DNA from: an uncultured delta proteobacterium
Lineage (GTDB): Bacteria; Myxococcota_A; Polyangia; Polyangiales; Polyangiaceae
Assembly: GCA_963841435.1 (NCBI GenBank)
Contig: CAWJCS010000005.1
Coordinates: 576,001 to 640,000, forward strand
Direction of reading: 5' to 3'
DNA length: 64,000 nucleotides
Shown here: positions 1 through 10,112 of the stretch, one piece after another
Position numbering within the stretch: the first letter of the stretch is position 1
Layout of the letters: every line of letters starts with the position of its first letter
Notes under the pieces: model-generated
The model's input: only the letters and a program-made list of their open reading frames with translations
Databases searched by the model: none
What the model was told of the DNA's origin: nothing
Translations under genes and position numbers: made by a program

Positions 1-876
1 ACCCACCTGGCCGAGCGACTTGTCGCTCACGAGCTGCGTGTCGGCGGTGAATTCGCCCGCCGTCGCGTAGTAGCTCGCCCAGAGGATTTCGCTGCCGCCG
101 GGGATGGCCTCGATGCTGCCGGCCGTCACGTGGGGGGCGACCCGGTGGACGGGACATTTCCCGCGGTCCGCGCTGACGCACGGCGAGACGCGCGGCAGGC
201 AACCCGGATCGTCGACGCAGTCGAGATCGGGAACGTCCGTGCCGTCGAACGTGAGCGCATCGAGCTCGGGGTTCTGATTCACGTCGCCGTCGTAGCTGTA
301 GAGCGTCGTGAAGCCCACGACGAAGTCGCTCGCACCCCGCGACGCCCCCGTGTTCGGATCGACGCAGTCGATGGGCAGCCGATCGGTGAAGTCGGGGCGC
401 AGCACGAGCTTGCCGGCGCACACGGCGAAGAACGCGTACGAGACGCCGAAATGGATCGGATCCATCTCGAGCTGGGGCGCAGCGCTCAGGATGTCGTCGG
501 GGAGGTCGAAGCTTGCCCTAGGTCCGAAGGCGACGGTACCCGGCGGCAGCTCGTCGAGCGACGAGACGCTCGCCGCGAGCTCACGAAGGGGCGGGATGCA
601 GGCGTAGTAGAGGCGCGAGGGGGGATTGTGGCAGCCGAAGAGCCAGGCCATCTCGAGCGGTCGGGGCGGCTCGCCCGGCCCCGTTTTCCCGTCGGCGACG
701 AGCATGTCGAGCGAGATCGTCGCTCCCGGCGACCCGGAGGCAGGCTCGGGTCGCACGGCGAGCACGCGCAGGCCGTGGACCTCCGACTGCGGGTCGAACC
801 CCGCGTCGCAGCCGAGAGCGGCGACCGCCAAGGCGACCGCCACCAGATGGAAGCTCCGGGGCCACTCGCTCGTCAT
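1..876 (-). CDS. Cys-rich lipoprotein downstream of TBDR; runs off the window start (partial)
   Basis: Read by hand, not in ORF track. ATG at 876-874 overlaps the TBDR stop. MTSEWPRSFHLVAVALAVAALGCDAGFDPQSEVHGLRVLAVRPEP has a lipobox-like ALGC; frame stays open to position 1. Confidence 0.8.
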   Translation of the reverse strand, partial: MTSEWPRSFHLVAVALAVAALGCDAGFDPQSEVHGLRVLAVRPEPASGSPGATISLDMLVADGKTGPGEPPRPLEMAWLFGCHNPPSRLYYACIPPLRELAASVSSLDELPPGTVAFGPRASFDLPDDILSAAPQLEMDPIHFGVSYAFFAVCAGKLVLRPDFTDRLPIDCVDPNTGASRGASDFVVGFTTLYSYDGDVNQNPELDALTFDGTDVPDLDCVDDPGCLPRVSPCVSADRGKCPVHRVAPHVTAGSIEAIPGGSEILWASYYATAGEFTADTQLVSDKSLGQVG

Positions 877-3458
877 CAGAACTCTCCTCGCAAGCCGAGG
901 CTCGGCACGATTGGCAGGCTCGCGGTCGCGGGTTTGCGTTGGCTGTAGTCGAAGTTGTACCCCATGAAGTCGGGATTCGTACGGTTGTACGCGTTGATGA
1001 GGTCGAGGTAAGCGCCGAGCGTGAAGCTCGAGAAGACCCAGCGCTTGTCGACGCGCACGTCGAGCTGATGAAACGGTGGGAGCCTGTCGCTATTCGTGGG
1101 GCCCTGCAAGCAGAGGTACTGCGTCGCGATGCTGCTGTAGAGACCTCCGTTGCACGGCGTGTAGAGGTTGCCGGAAACGAACCGGAAGCGCGCACCGAGC
1201 TCCCAACCCGCGCCGAGCGTGTAGCTGCCGAGTACGGTCAAGATGTGCGGCTGATCGAGGTCGAAGAGCTCCGAAGGCTCGCCCGGCGACCAGGTGCGCT
1301 CCGAGCGCGACAACGTGTAGGAAATCCAGCCGAAAAAGCGCTCGTCGGCACGGTAGCGCAGCATGAGCTCCGCCCCGAAGATGCGCCCCTTGGCGAGGTT
1401 GTTGTAGCGGATGACGCCGCTTTCGTCCGGCGCCCGACCGATCACGTCGTCGAGCAAGTTGTAGAAGCCCTCGAGCGACGCTTCGACGTGATCGCCGATC
1501 TCCTGCTCTATGCCGAGCGAGTTCTGCCACGAGCGCGTCGAGCGAAGGTGCGTCTCGCGATCGGAGAGCACCGTTTCCCCGAGGCCGGGCGCCTGGAAGA
1601 ACAGGCCGGAGCCACCCTTGAGCGTCGTCCGGGGAGAACCGGGCACGAGATCGTAGCGCGCCGTCATGCGCGGGCTCACGTTGACGTTTCGCCCCTCGTG
1701 CGTGTAGTCGAGGCGCACGCCCGAGACGAGCTCAGAACGCTTCGAAGGCCTCACGGCGAGCTCTCCGTACACCGCCGGCAAGAAGAACAGCGCCGAGTGG
1801 TCGAAGCTCCGCGTCGGCACGGTGATGAACGGACCGAGATCCTGCCCGCCACCCGGATCCTCCGGCAGCTGACCCTTCAGATTGTAGGGGGCGAGCAGGA
1901 TATCGTAGCCCGTGCGAAGCGTAGTATTCGGCAGGATCTTCGTCACTAGCTCGCCGCGCGCGAGCACGCCGAGCGCCTCGGTGTCGGCCAAGATGGTGCT
2001 GATGGCGATGCGCTGCCGCGAGCGTGCAATCGACGTCGTGAACTCGACGTCCGAATCCTCCGAGAGATGCACCTTGTAGATGGCGCCGACGCCGAAGGAC
2101 GCGTTGCTCGACGCGAGCGCGCCCCCGCTGGCCGAGCTTTCGTTGACGAGACGGATGCGGTCGTCGTAGCCCAGCATGCCGATGCGGAGGTAACTGTTCT
2201 TGGTGGGGCGGCGGTCGAGGATGAGCTGCCAGTCGTAGTAGACGGGAGCGCCCTCGATCTGGGTATCCTCGTTTTCGATGAGCGGCACGAGCCACGCATC
2301 GACGTGGCTTCGACGAAAGCCGCCGATGAAGTTCCAGCCCGAGGCGAGCGGCACGGGCCCCTCGGCGAGCGCGCGCACGTCGATGAGGTCGAGCTGCAAA
2401 AGGCCATGGTAGCGCCCGTCGTTGCGCGTTTCTCGGAGGTGCGCGTCGACGACGCCCGCGAGTGCGCGCCCGTACTTCACGCCGAAATTGCCGGGGTAGA
2501 AGTTGACCTCGTCGAGCATCTCCGTCGGCACGACGCTCGAAAGTCCGCCGAAGTGATAGATGGTCGGCACCCAGAGACCGTCGACGAAAACGGGCGTGGT
2601 CTGATCGGCGTTGCCTCGCACGACCAGCAACCCGGAAAGCGCGGGGGGACGCGCAACACCCGGCAGGTTCTGGATCGCGCGCAGCGCGTCGCCCGACGTG
2701 CCGGGGACGCGTTCGAGCTCGCGGCGCGAGATGCTGCGCCGCGTGACCTCGCGGTGCGGACGGGCACCTTGGACCACGACTTCTTCGCCGTCGGCAGGTG
2801 CGGTCGGCGCCACGTCGTAGCGAACGCTCACGCGCTCGGACGGCAGAAGCTCCTCGGAGCTCGCGAACGGCTCGTACCCTTCCGCTTCCACCTTCACCGT
2901 GTAGCGTCCTGCGGGGAGCCCGGGCGACTCGAAGCTGCCGTCCGCGCCGGTCACGAGCGTCGAGACTGGCGCGCCGTCGCGGCTGATCTCGACCGCTGCT
3001 CCGGCAAGCGGTGTCCTGGTCCCGGCGATGAGCACGCGCCCGCCGAGAAGCGACGGCGAAGGGCTGCCCTCGACGGGCTTTTCAGGGGTAAAATGGAACG
3101 AGTAGCGATAGACGATGCGCGACTTCACGGGGCGCCCGTCGAGCGTCGCGGGCTCGAAGACGAACTTCAGCGCAGCGGCCTGTGCGGCCTCGTCGAAGCC
3201 GTGCCCCGCGGGCGAGAGCACCTCCGCCTTCTCGACGTGGCCCTCGCGGTCGATCTCGAGCATGAGGTCCACCTCGCCTTCGAGCTCCTGGTGCTTCGCC
3301 TGCTCCGGATAGGGCGCCGGCACGAAGGTCAAGAGCTCGGGCTCGGTGACCTTCGACGACCCCGCGGGCGTGGACGGCTCCTCTGCGAGCGCCGGACGCA
3401 CCACCCCCAGGGCGACACACACCAAGCCCCCAAACAAGAGCCGCCACCGGCCGAGCAC
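876..3458 (-). CDS. TonB-dependent receptor with N-terminal TonB-C domain and carboxypeptidase-regulatory-like domain
   Basis: Signal peptide; TonB-C (YPEQAKHQELEGEV...GFDEAAQAAALKFVFEPA); plug (GDALRAIQNLPGV, YHFGGLSSV); barrel ending LGLRGEF. Confidence 0.9.
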   Translation of the reverse strand: MLGRWRLLFGGLVCVALGVVRPALAEEPSTPAGSSKVTEPELLTFVPAPYPEQAKHQELEGEVDLMLEIDREGHVEKAEVLSPAGHGFDEAAQAAALKFVFEPATLDGRPVKSRIVYRYSFHFTPEKPVEGSPSPSLLGGRVLIAGTRTPLAGAAVEISRDGAPVSTLVTGADGSFESPGLPAGRYTVKVEAEGYEPFASSEELLPSERVSVRYDVAPTAPADGEEVVVQGARPHREVTRRSISRRELERVPGTSGDALRAIQNLPGVARPPALSGLLVVRGNADQTTPVFVDGLWVPTIYHFGGLSSVVPTEMLDEVNFYPGNFGVKYGRALAGVVDAHLRETRNDGRYHGLLQLDLIDVRALAEGPVPLASGWNFIGGFRRSHVDAWLVPLIENEDTQIEGAPVYYDWQLILDRRPTKNSYLRIGMLGYDDRIRLVNESSASGGALASSNASFGVGAIYKVHLSEDSDVEFTTSIARSRQRIAISTILADTEALGVLARGELVTKILPNTTLRTGYDILLAPYNLKGQLPEDPGGGQDLGPFITVPTRSFDHSALFFLPAVYGELAVRPSKRSELVSGVRLDYTHEGRNVNVSPRMTARYDLVPGSPRTTLKGGSGLFFQAPGLGETVLSDRETHLRSTRSWQNSLGIEQEIGDHVEASLEGFYNLLDDVIGRAPDESGVIRYNNLAKGRIFGAELMLRYRADERFFGWISYTLSRSERTWSPGEPSELFDLDQPHILTVLGSYTLGAGWELGARFRFVSGNLYTPCNGGLYSSIATQYLCLQGPTNSDRLPPFHQLDVRVDKRWVFSSFTLGAYLDLINAYNRTNPDFMGYNFDYSQRKPATASLPIVPSLGLRGEF

Positions 3459-3473
3459 CCCGACCCCCGGTGC

Positions 3474-3665
3474 TCAGCCGATGACGCTGATGGCCTGAGT
3501 GGGACAGTCCGCCATGGCCTGCTCCACCTTGGCGCGTAACGCCTCGGGTGGCTCTTCCTCTAGAATGTAGAGGAAGCCGTCCTCACGCACCTCGAACACT
3601 TCGGGGCAAGCCTTCATGCAGCGGGCGTTGCTACCGCACTTGTCGAAGTCCACCACGATCTTCAT
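3474..3665 (-). CDS. Small ferredoxin, probably 3Fe-4S type (CxxNxxC...CP)
   Basis: MKIVVDFDKCGSNARCMKACPEVF...ADCPTQAIS, 63 aa; start set at the ATG at 3665. Confidence 0.88.
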   Translation of the reverse strand: MKIVVDFDKCGSNARCMKACPEVFEVREDGFLYILEEEPPEALRAKVEQAMADCPTQAISVIG

Positions 3666-3750
3666 GCGCCGGACCGTACATGAGCGATGCCGCGGCGCCA
3701 ATCCGATCCGCAGCCTTTCTTTAGGTCGGATCTGCCCCGGCACGATGGGC

Positions 3751-4602
3751 TCAGCCGAAACGTCCCGTGATGTAGTCCTCGGTGCGGCGCTCCTTGGGCC
3801 GCGTGAACACGACCTCGGTGCGGTCGTACTCGATGAGCTCGCCGAGGTAAAAAAATGCGGTGTGGTTCGCGACGCGCGCCGCCTGCTGCATGTTGTGGGT
3901 CACGACGACGATCGCGTACGCCTGGCGGAGCTCGTGAATCAGCTCTTCCACGCGCGCCGTGGCAATGGGGTCGAGCGCCGAGCACGGCTCGTCCATCAGC
4001 AAGACTTCCGGCTCGAGCGCGAGGGCGCGCGCGATGCACAACCGCTGTTGCTGGCCGCCCGACAGGCCGACGCCGGAGCCGTCGAGCCGGTCCTTGACCT
4101 CGTCCCAGAGCGCGGCCTTGCGCAACGCCTTCTCGACGAGTGCTTCGGAGTCGGGACCGACCGATCCGTTGAGGAGCAGGCCCGCGAGCACGTTGTCGCG
4201 GATGGACAGCGTGGGAAACGGATTCGGCTTCTGGAACACCATGCCGACGCGGCGCCTGACGACGACCGGATCGACCCCACGCGCGTAGATGTCGGCTTCG
4301 TCGAGGAGCACCTGGCCCCCGATGCGGGCCCCCGGCACGACCTCGTGCATGCGATTGAGCGAGCGCACGAAGGTCGATTTGCCGCACCCTGACGGGCCGA
4401 TCACCGCCGTGACCTGGCGGTCGAGGAGCGGCAAATCGATGCCCTTCAAGACCTCGAGCTCGCCGTAGTACGCGCGGAGCCCGACGGTCCGCATCTTCGC
4501 GTGCGCCGTGAGCTCCGCGGCGCGCGGCTCGGACCCGAACGCGCTGTCGTCCTCGAGGCCCGTCGGCGTGCGCAGGCGCGGAGCAGAAGCGCGCTCGGTC
4601 AC
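3751..4602 (-). CDS. pstB: Phosphate ABC transporter ATP-binding protein
   Basis: [48 protein letters not shown]-terminal [13 protein letters not shown] at 4602 overlaps the pstA stop. Confidence 0.96.
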   Translation of the reverse strand: MTERASAPRLRTPTGLEDDSAFGSEPRAAELTAHAKMRTVGLRAYYGELEVLKGIDLPLLDRQVTAVIGPSGCGKSTFVRSLNRMHEVVPGARIGGQVLLDEADIYARGVDPVVVRRRVGMVFQKPNPFPTLSIRDNVLAGLLLNGSVGPDSEALVEKALRKAALWDEVKDRLDGSGVGLSGGQQQRLCIARALALEPEVLLMDEPCSALDPIATARVEELIHELRQAYAIVVVTHNMQQAARVANHTAFFYLGELIEYDRTEVVFTRPKERRTEDYITGRFG

Positions 4603-5441
4603 GTCGCGCGTAGCCTTCGCCGCGACAGGAAGTGAGCGCCAACGTTCAAAAGCAGTACCATGCCGAGCAGCACGAGCGCCGCGGCCCAGGCTTGCTGGTG
4701 CCACTCGGGATAAGGCGACACGGCGTACGTATAGATGCCGACGGGCAGCGAGGCGGTCGGCTCCGTCCAGCCCCAGGACCAGAAGCGGTTGTTGAACGCG
4801 GTAAACAGCAGGGGCGCAGTTTCGCCCATGGCCCGCGCGATGGCCAGCATCACGCCCGTGACGATACCGGGCGCCGCCGTCGGCAAGACCACTCGCAGCG
4901 TCGCGCGCCATTTGGCCACTCCGAGCCCGAGGGCCGCTTCGCGCAGCGACCCCGGCACGAGGCGCACCAGCTCCTCGGTTGACCGGGCGATGCCCGGCAG
5001 CATCAGCACCGCGAGGGATAGCGCCCCCGCGAGCGCCGAAAAGCCGCCCATGCGCGTCACGAGCAGCTGGTAAACGAAGAGCCCGACGACAATCGACGGC
5101 ACCCCAGCCATCACGTCGGCCCCGAAGCGCACGAACTTGGCGAAGCGGGTTTCGCCGAACTCCGCGAGGTGCACCCCCGCGAGGATACCCGCCGGAACGC
5201 CGACGAGCGCGGCCAGACCGACGATACGAAGCGTGCCGAGGATGGCTTGACCCATGCCGCCGCCCGACTCGCCCACGGGACGCGGCAGCTCCGTGAAGAA
5301 CGCGAGACTGAGACCTCCGAGCCCGCGCACGAGCAAGAAGCCGAGCACGCTGAACAGTGGCACGAGCGCCAGCAGCGTCGCGAAAAGGCACGCCCCGCGC
5401 GCCAAGCGATCGAACAACCTCCGCTTGAGCGCCCGGTCCAT
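4599..5441 (-). CDS. pstA: Phosphate ABC transporter permease
   Basis: [33 protein letters not shown]; lies between pstC and pstB. Confidence 0.95.
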   Translation of the reverse strand: MDRALKRRLFDRLARGACLFATLLALVPLFSVLGFLLVRGLGGLSLAFFTELPRPVGESGGGMGQAILGTLRIVGLAALVGVPAGILAGVHLAEFGETRFAKFVRFGADVMAGVPSIVVGLFVYQLLVTRMGGFSALAGALSLAVLMLPGIARSTEELVRLVPGSLREAALGLGVAKWRATLRVVLPTAAPGIVTGVMLAIARAMGETAPLLFTAFNNRFWSWGWTEPTASLPVGIYTYAVSPYPEWHQQAWAAALVLLGMVLLLNVGAHFLSRRRLRAT

Positions 5442-6409
5442 CAGCGTTGCCTCAAGAGGCCGTTGTTGCCGACGACACGCGAGACGAGCAGGCGCGCGAA
5501 CGCGTTGAGCAGCACCGTCACGATCAAAAGCACGAGACCGAGCTCGGCTAGCGCGGCGAGGTGAAGCTCGCTCGTCGCCTCGGCGAACTCGTTGGCGATA
5601 CCGCTCGCCATGGTGTAGGAGGGCGCGAAGAGCGAAGCGCTGATCTCGGCACGGTTGCCGATCACCATGGCGACGGCCATCGTCTCACCGAGCGCGCGAC
5701 CGAGCCCGAGCAACGTCGCCCCGAGGAGTCCCGAGCGCGCGAACGGCAGCACCGAAAGAGCGAGCATCTCGCTCTGCGTGGCCCCGAGCGCCAGGGCTCC
5801 CTCGCGCAGCGACGACGGCACGGCGCGCAGGACCTCGCGCGATACGGAGGCGATTGTCGGCAAGATCATGATGGCGAGCACGATGCCGCCGGTGAGCATC
5901 CCGAAGCCCTGGTAGGGACCGCTGAAAAACGGAAGAAACCCGAACGTCCCGGCCAACCACGGCTCGATGAAGCGCCGCAGCCACGGCGCCAGCGCCAGCG
6001 CGCCCCACAAGCCGTAGACGACGCTCGGCACGGCGGCGAGCAGATCGATCAGGAAGCCGAGCGGCGCGCGCTGCCAATCGGGTGCGAGCTCCGAAAGGTA
6101 GATCGCGGCGCCGAGCGCGATGGGCACGGCCATGAGCAGTGCGAGCGCGGAGGAGACCAGCGTGCCGTACACGAAAGGCAGCGCGCCGAACACCGAGTGC
6201 ACGGGATCCCACACACGGCCCACGACGAAGCCCAGGCCGAACTCCCGCAAGGAGGGCCACGATGCACGCGCAAGCTCCGCGGCCATGGCCGAGAGCCCGA
6301 GCACGACCACCAACGCGAACGCCGCCGTGACGGCGTAAAACACCCGATCCGCGTTGTTCTTACCCGCGGGCACCGAGAGCGGGTAAGAAGGAGCCGCCGG
6401 AGGGCTCAC
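5441..6409 (-). CDS. pstC: Phosphate ABC transporter permease
   Basis: [44 protein letters not shown]. Confidence 0.95.
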   Translation of the reverse strand: MSPPAAPSYPLSVPAGKNNADRVFYAVTAAFALVVVLGLSAMAAELARASWPSLREFGLGFVVGRVWDPVHSVFGALPFVYGTLVSSALALLMAVPIALGAAIYLSELAPDWQRAPLGFLIDLLAAVPSVVYGLWGALALAPWLRRFIEPWLAGTFGFLPFFSGPYQGFGMLTGGIVLAIMILPTIASVSREVLRAVPSSLREGALALGATQSEMLALSVLPFARSGLLGATLLGLGRALGETMAVAMVIGNRAEISASLFAPSYTMASGIANEFAEATSELHLAALAELGLVLLIVTVLLNAFARLLVSRVVGNNGLLRQR

Positions 6410-7698
6410 GCCACGGCCCGCGTGCTCGCGGGCTCCGCCTTCTTGAGGCTCACGCTGAAGCTCGTGCCCTCACCGGGCGCGCTCACGACGCCGACGGTGC
6501 CCCCCATTGCTTCCGACAGGTGCTTCACGATGGAGAGTCCGAGCCCCGTGCCACCAAGCTCACGTGAGCGACCCGCGTCGACGCGGTAGAAACGCTCGAA
6601 CAGCCGCGGCAGGTGCCGCTCCTCGATACCAGGGCCGTCGTCCGACACCACGATCTGGATATCCGGCCCGGTGTCGACGGCGCCGAGCGAAACTCGGCAC
6701 CCGTCCGGGCAATACTTCACGGCGTTGTCGACCAGATTCGTGAGAACGTGCTCGAGCGCCCGGCGGTCGGCAAGGACGCGCGCGAGGCTGACGGGCGCGT
6801 CGTTCACGAGCTCGACGTGCTTCTTGTCGGCTCGCTCGCGAAACAGGCTCAGGACCTGCGCGAATATCGCGCGCGGCTCGAGGGGCTCGGGCACGAGCTT
6901 GAGCTTTTGCGACTCGATGCGCGAAAGGTCCAAGAGGTCCTCGACCAGGCCGTGGAGCCGCTCGGCGTTCCTCGCCATGATGCCAATGAACTGGTTCGAC
7001 ACGGTCTCGTCCTCGATGCCGGCCTGCAGCGTTTCGGCGGCCGAGCGAATCGCCGTCACGGGCGTGCGAAGCTCGTGCGAGACGTTCGCCACGAAATCGC
7101 GCCGCAGCGACTCGAGCTTTCGGACCTCGGTCACGTCAACGAACACCGCAAACACCTGCCCCTCTCGCCCGGGCAGCCGCGCCGCACGCACCAGGAGGCG
7201 CCGAGGCTTGAGCCCTTCGAGCTCGATCTCGCCGACGATCGCCTCGCCTTCGCGGGCGTGCTCGATGAGCTCCTTGAGCTCGGCGTGGCGGATGGCTTCG
7301 AGCTGCGTCTTGCCGACGGCATCGGCTCCGAGCAAAAGCATTTCGCGCAGGGCGCTGTTGATTAGCGTGATGTGGCCCTGCTCGTCGAGCAGCAAAACGC
7401 CTTCCTCCATGCCCGCGAGAATGCCGCGCAGGCGATCGCGCTCGTCGGTGAGCTCGGTGAGCGCCGTGGCGAGTGCCTGACCGGCGCGCGCCTCGGCCGC
7501 CGCCCTGTGGTCCTGGTCCCCGTGCGACACGCGGCGCAGCGCGAGCAGCGCGGTGCCACCCGCGGCAATCACGCCGAAAAGCGCGAGGGCGGGCAGGTGC
7601 TGACGCTGCTCCGGAACGAAGACGTAGGCGAATGCGAGGAGTGCTGCGACGACGCCAAGCGCCCTGAGAAAGAGCCAGGGACCGAGGCCCGGCCTCAC
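6406..7698 (-). CDS. phoR: PhoR-like PAS sensor histidine kinase
   Basis: Two TM helices, PAS, RRDFVANVSHELRTP, LFERFYRVDAGRSRELGGTGLGLSIVKH; adjacent to pstC. Confidence 0.9.
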   Translation of the reverse strand: MRPGLGPWLFLRALGVVAALLAFAYVFVPEQRQHLPALALFGVIAAGGTALLALRRVSHGDQDHRAAAEARAGQALATALTELTDERDRLRGILAGMEEGVLLLDEQGHITLINSALREMLLLGADAVGKTQLEAIRHAELKELIEHAREGEAIVGEIELEGLKPRRLLVRAARLPGREGQVFAVFVDVTEVRKLESLRRDFVANVSHELRTPVTAIRSAAETLQAGIEDETVSNQFIGIMARNAERLHGLVEDLLDLSRIESQKLKLVPEPLEPRAIFAQVLSLFRERADKKHVELVNDAPVSLARVLADRRALEHVLTNLVDNAVKYCPDGCRVSLGAVDTGPDIQIVVSDDGPGIEERHLPRLFERFYRVDAGRSRELGGTGLGLSIVKHLSEAMGGTVGVVSAPGEGTSFSVSLKKAEPASTRAVA

Positions 7699-8396
7699 GG
7701 CACCGCCTCTTCGGGGGTCGCGACGAATCGGTAGCCGACACCACGAACCGTCTCCACGTACTCGCGTGCCCCCTCGAGCTTTTCACGCAGACGCTTGACG
7801 TGCGTGTCCACCGTGCGCGTCGTGATGTCCGCCTGGATGCCCCACACGTCGTCGAGCAGCGCCGAACGCGTCTGCACGCGGTTGCGACGATCGTAGAGCG
7901 TCACTAGCAGCTTGAACTCGAGAGCCGTCAGCTCCACCTCGGTGCCGTCCACCCAGATGCGGTGTGCGCCGCGGTCAATCTTGAGCCTACCGAACTCGAT
8001 CGTGAGATCGCCCCCGCGCGAATCGGGGCGGCCCCGGCGGAGAATCGCCTGAATGCGCAGCATCAGCTCGCGCACGCTGAACGGCTTCACGACGTAGTCG
8101 TCGGCGCCGAGCTCGAAGCCCACGACCCGGTCGATCTCCTCGCCGCGCGCCGTCAGCATGATCACGGGCAGGCCGCGCGTCGCGGCGCCGTTCTTCAGCT
8201 GCTTGCAAACCTCGGTGCCCGAGATGTCGGGCAGCATGAGATCGAGGAGCACCAGATCGGGACTCAGCTCGCGCGCCAGCTTCAGGCCGTCGGCGCCGAG
8301 CTGGGTGACGGTCACCTCGTGGCCTGCCTGGCGCAGGTTGTAATCCAGCACCTGCTGCAGGTCCTGCTCATCTTCGACGACTAGAATGCGGCTCAT
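7695..8396 (-). CDS. phoB: PhoB/OmpR-family response regulator (copy 1)
   Basis: MSRILVVEDE...DLMLP...GADDYVVKPFS...RTVDTHVKRLREKL; stop overlaps phoR start. Start set at the ATG at 8396. Confidence 0.88.
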   Translation of the reverse strand: MSRILVVEDEQDLQQVLDYNLRQAGHEVTVTQLGADGLKLARELSPDLVLLDLMLPDISGTEVCKQLKNGAATRGLPVIMLTARGEEIDRVVGFELGADDYVVKPFSVRELMLRIQAILRRGRPDSRGGDLTIEFGRLKIDRGAHRIWVDGTEVELTALEFKLLVTLYDRRNRVQTRSALLDDVWGIQADITTRTVDTHVKRLREKLEGAREYVETVRGVGYRFVATPEEAVP

Positions 8397-8417
8397 ACAC
8401 CTCGGTAGCCCGATCAA

Positions 8418-8433
8418 GTGACGGGATTGTGAC
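8418..8433 (-). promoter_or_regulatory. Pho-box-like pair upstream of phoB copy 1
   Basis: GTGAC at 8418 and 8429 (GTCAC on the minus strand), 11 bp apart. Confidence 0.6.
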
Positions 8434-8451
8434 ACCCCCCGCTCCTCACCG

Positions 8452-9159
8452 CTACGTCCCGTCCCCGACCGCGGACAATGGGGTCTCGGCGAACCGATAG
8501 CCCACCCCACGCACGGTCTCGATGTAATCCCGGGCAGCCCCCATCTTTTCCCGCAGACGCTTGACGTGGGCGTCGACCGTGCGGGTTGCGATCTTCGTGT
8601 CCATCCCCCAGACGTGGTCGAGGAGCGCGCCCCGCGACTGAACACGGTTTCGCCGATCATAGAGAGTGACGAGCAGCTTGAACTCGAGCGCCGTGAGCTC
8701 GACCTCCGCCCCTTGCACCCAAACCCGGTGGGCGTCGCGATCCATCCTGAGGGTTCCGAAATCGATCACGCTCGACTCGGGCGGCCTCACCTCGTTACGG
8801 CGCAAGGTCGCGCGGATGCGGAGCACGAGCTCGCGGACGCTGAAAGGTTTCGTAACGTAGTCGTCGGCCCCCAGCTCGAACCCGACGACGCGGTCTATTT
8901 CCTCCCCCCGTGCCGTGAGCATGATGATGGGGGTGGCGCGCATCGACACATCGTCCTTGATGGCGCGGCACACCTCGGTCCCCGAAATGTCGGGAAGCAT
9001 CAGATCCAAAAGCACGAGATCGGGCCTCTCCTGCCGCGCCAACCTGAGGCCGTCCTGGCCACGCCCGGCGGAAACCACCTCGTGACCGGCCGTCCTCAAA
9101 TTGTGGTCGAGGATCTGCCGAATGTCCGATTCGTCTTCGATCACGAGAATGCGGGCCAT
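8452..9159 (-). CDS. phoB: PhoB/OmpR-family response regulator (copy 2, tandem paralog)
   Basis: Very similar to copy 1 (shared LTARGEEIDRVVGFELGADDYV and ELTALEFKLLVTLYDRRNRVQ); recognition helix RTVDAHVKRLR. Confidence 0.85.
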   Translation of the reverse strand: MARILVIEDESDIRQILDHNLRTAGHEVVSAGRGQDGLRLARQERPDLVLLDLMLPDISGTEVCRAIKDDVSMRATPIIMLTARGEEIDRVVGFELGADDYVTKPFSVRELVLRIRATLRRNEVRPPESSVIDFGTLRMDRDAHRVWVQGAEVELTALEFKLLVTLYDRRNRVQSRGALLDHVWGMDTKIATRTVDAHVKRLREKMGAARDYIETVRGVGYRFAETPLSAVGDGT

Positions 9160-9184
9160 CCGCCCGCCTCGATATCGTTCGGCT

Positions 9185-9211
9185 GTGACCGCCCGGTGAC
9201 GACTTAGTGCC
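9185..9211 (-). promoter_or_regulatory. Pho-box-like repeats upstream of phoB copy 2
   Basis: GTGAC 9185, GTGAC 9196, GTGCC 9207; 11-bp period, oriented toward phoB. Confidence 0.6.
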
Positions 9212-9263
9212 AGTCAACGAACTCTCTTCACACGGAAAAGCCGCTCTGTTGCCGTGGCGTTGC

Positions 9264-9334
9264 GTCATCGATCCATCACGGAGCCGCCATGTGACAGTCA
9301 TGGTGTTTTTGCCGGCGAGTCACCGAACCGTCAC
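9264..9334 (+). promoter_or_regulatory. Pho-box-like array upstream of tonB
   Basis: GTCAT 9264, ATCAC 9275, GCCAT 9286, GTCAT 9297, (TTTGC 9308), GTCAC 9319, GTCAC 9330; exact 11-bp register. Confidence 0.72.
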
Positions 9335-9345
9335 GGATCACCCCC

Positions 9346-10085
9346 ATGCTCCCGTCCGGCTCGCCCATGGACTTCGATACCTGGACCGTCCACCGCGTTG
9401 ACACGCTCCGCCTCCGACGACTGCTCGTCGGCTCCGTGCTGGGATCGTTCATGGTGGTCGCGGGGCTCGCCTTCGTGATCCTTACGAGCAAGGGCGCGGC
9501 CGCGGAAGAAGAAGAGGACGAGGGTCCGATCGAGGTCGCGCTCGCCGAGGCGCCCGAGCCGGAGCCGCCGCCGCCTCCTCCGCCCCCCGCCGCCGACAAG
9601 CCGAAGCCCGCACCGAAGCCGCGCATGGCCTCTCCCATGGCCGTGCCCGACGACAAGCCGGCCGAGAAGATCCGACGCCCGCCCAGATGCTCCCCGAGGT
9701 CGAGGAGGATGAGCACGAAGCGGCGCCCGCCGTCGCGAGCAGCGCACCGCCTCCGCCGCCTCCTCCACCCAGGCCGAAGCCCAAGCCGCAGATCAAGAAG
9801 CCCGTGCGGCTGACCGAGGACATGCCGCGTCCGGTGCAGACGCTGATGAAGACGCCGGAGTACCCGCCATCCGCCAAGGCGGCCGGCATCGAGGGCGTCG
9901 TGATCGTCAAGTACGTCGTGGGCGAGGACGGCTCCGTGCGCGACGCCAAGGTGCTCAAAGGCCCGGACGAGCTCAGGGAAGCCTGCCTCGTCGCCGTCCG
10001 GAGCTGGCATTTCCAGCCCATGATCGTCGATGGCGCACCGATCGCCTTCGTGAAGATCGCGCGTTTCCCGTTCCGCATCCGCTGA
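9346..10085 (+). CDS. tonB: TonB energy transducer; frameshift near 9670, probably an artefact
   Basis: TM helix and Pro-rich linker in ORF 9346-9813; TonB-C (PEYPPSAKAAGIEGVVIVKYVVGEDGSV) in ORF 9687-10085. One added G at ~9670 (AAG GAT CCG) joins them. Start may be 9367. Confidence 0.85.
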
Positions 10086-10112
10086 GACAAGAGAGCAACA
10101 GGAGAGCCTAGA

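Noticed and set aside
9670-9690. Programmed frameshift in tonB
   Set aside because: No slippery heptamer; similar single-base indels occur across the window.
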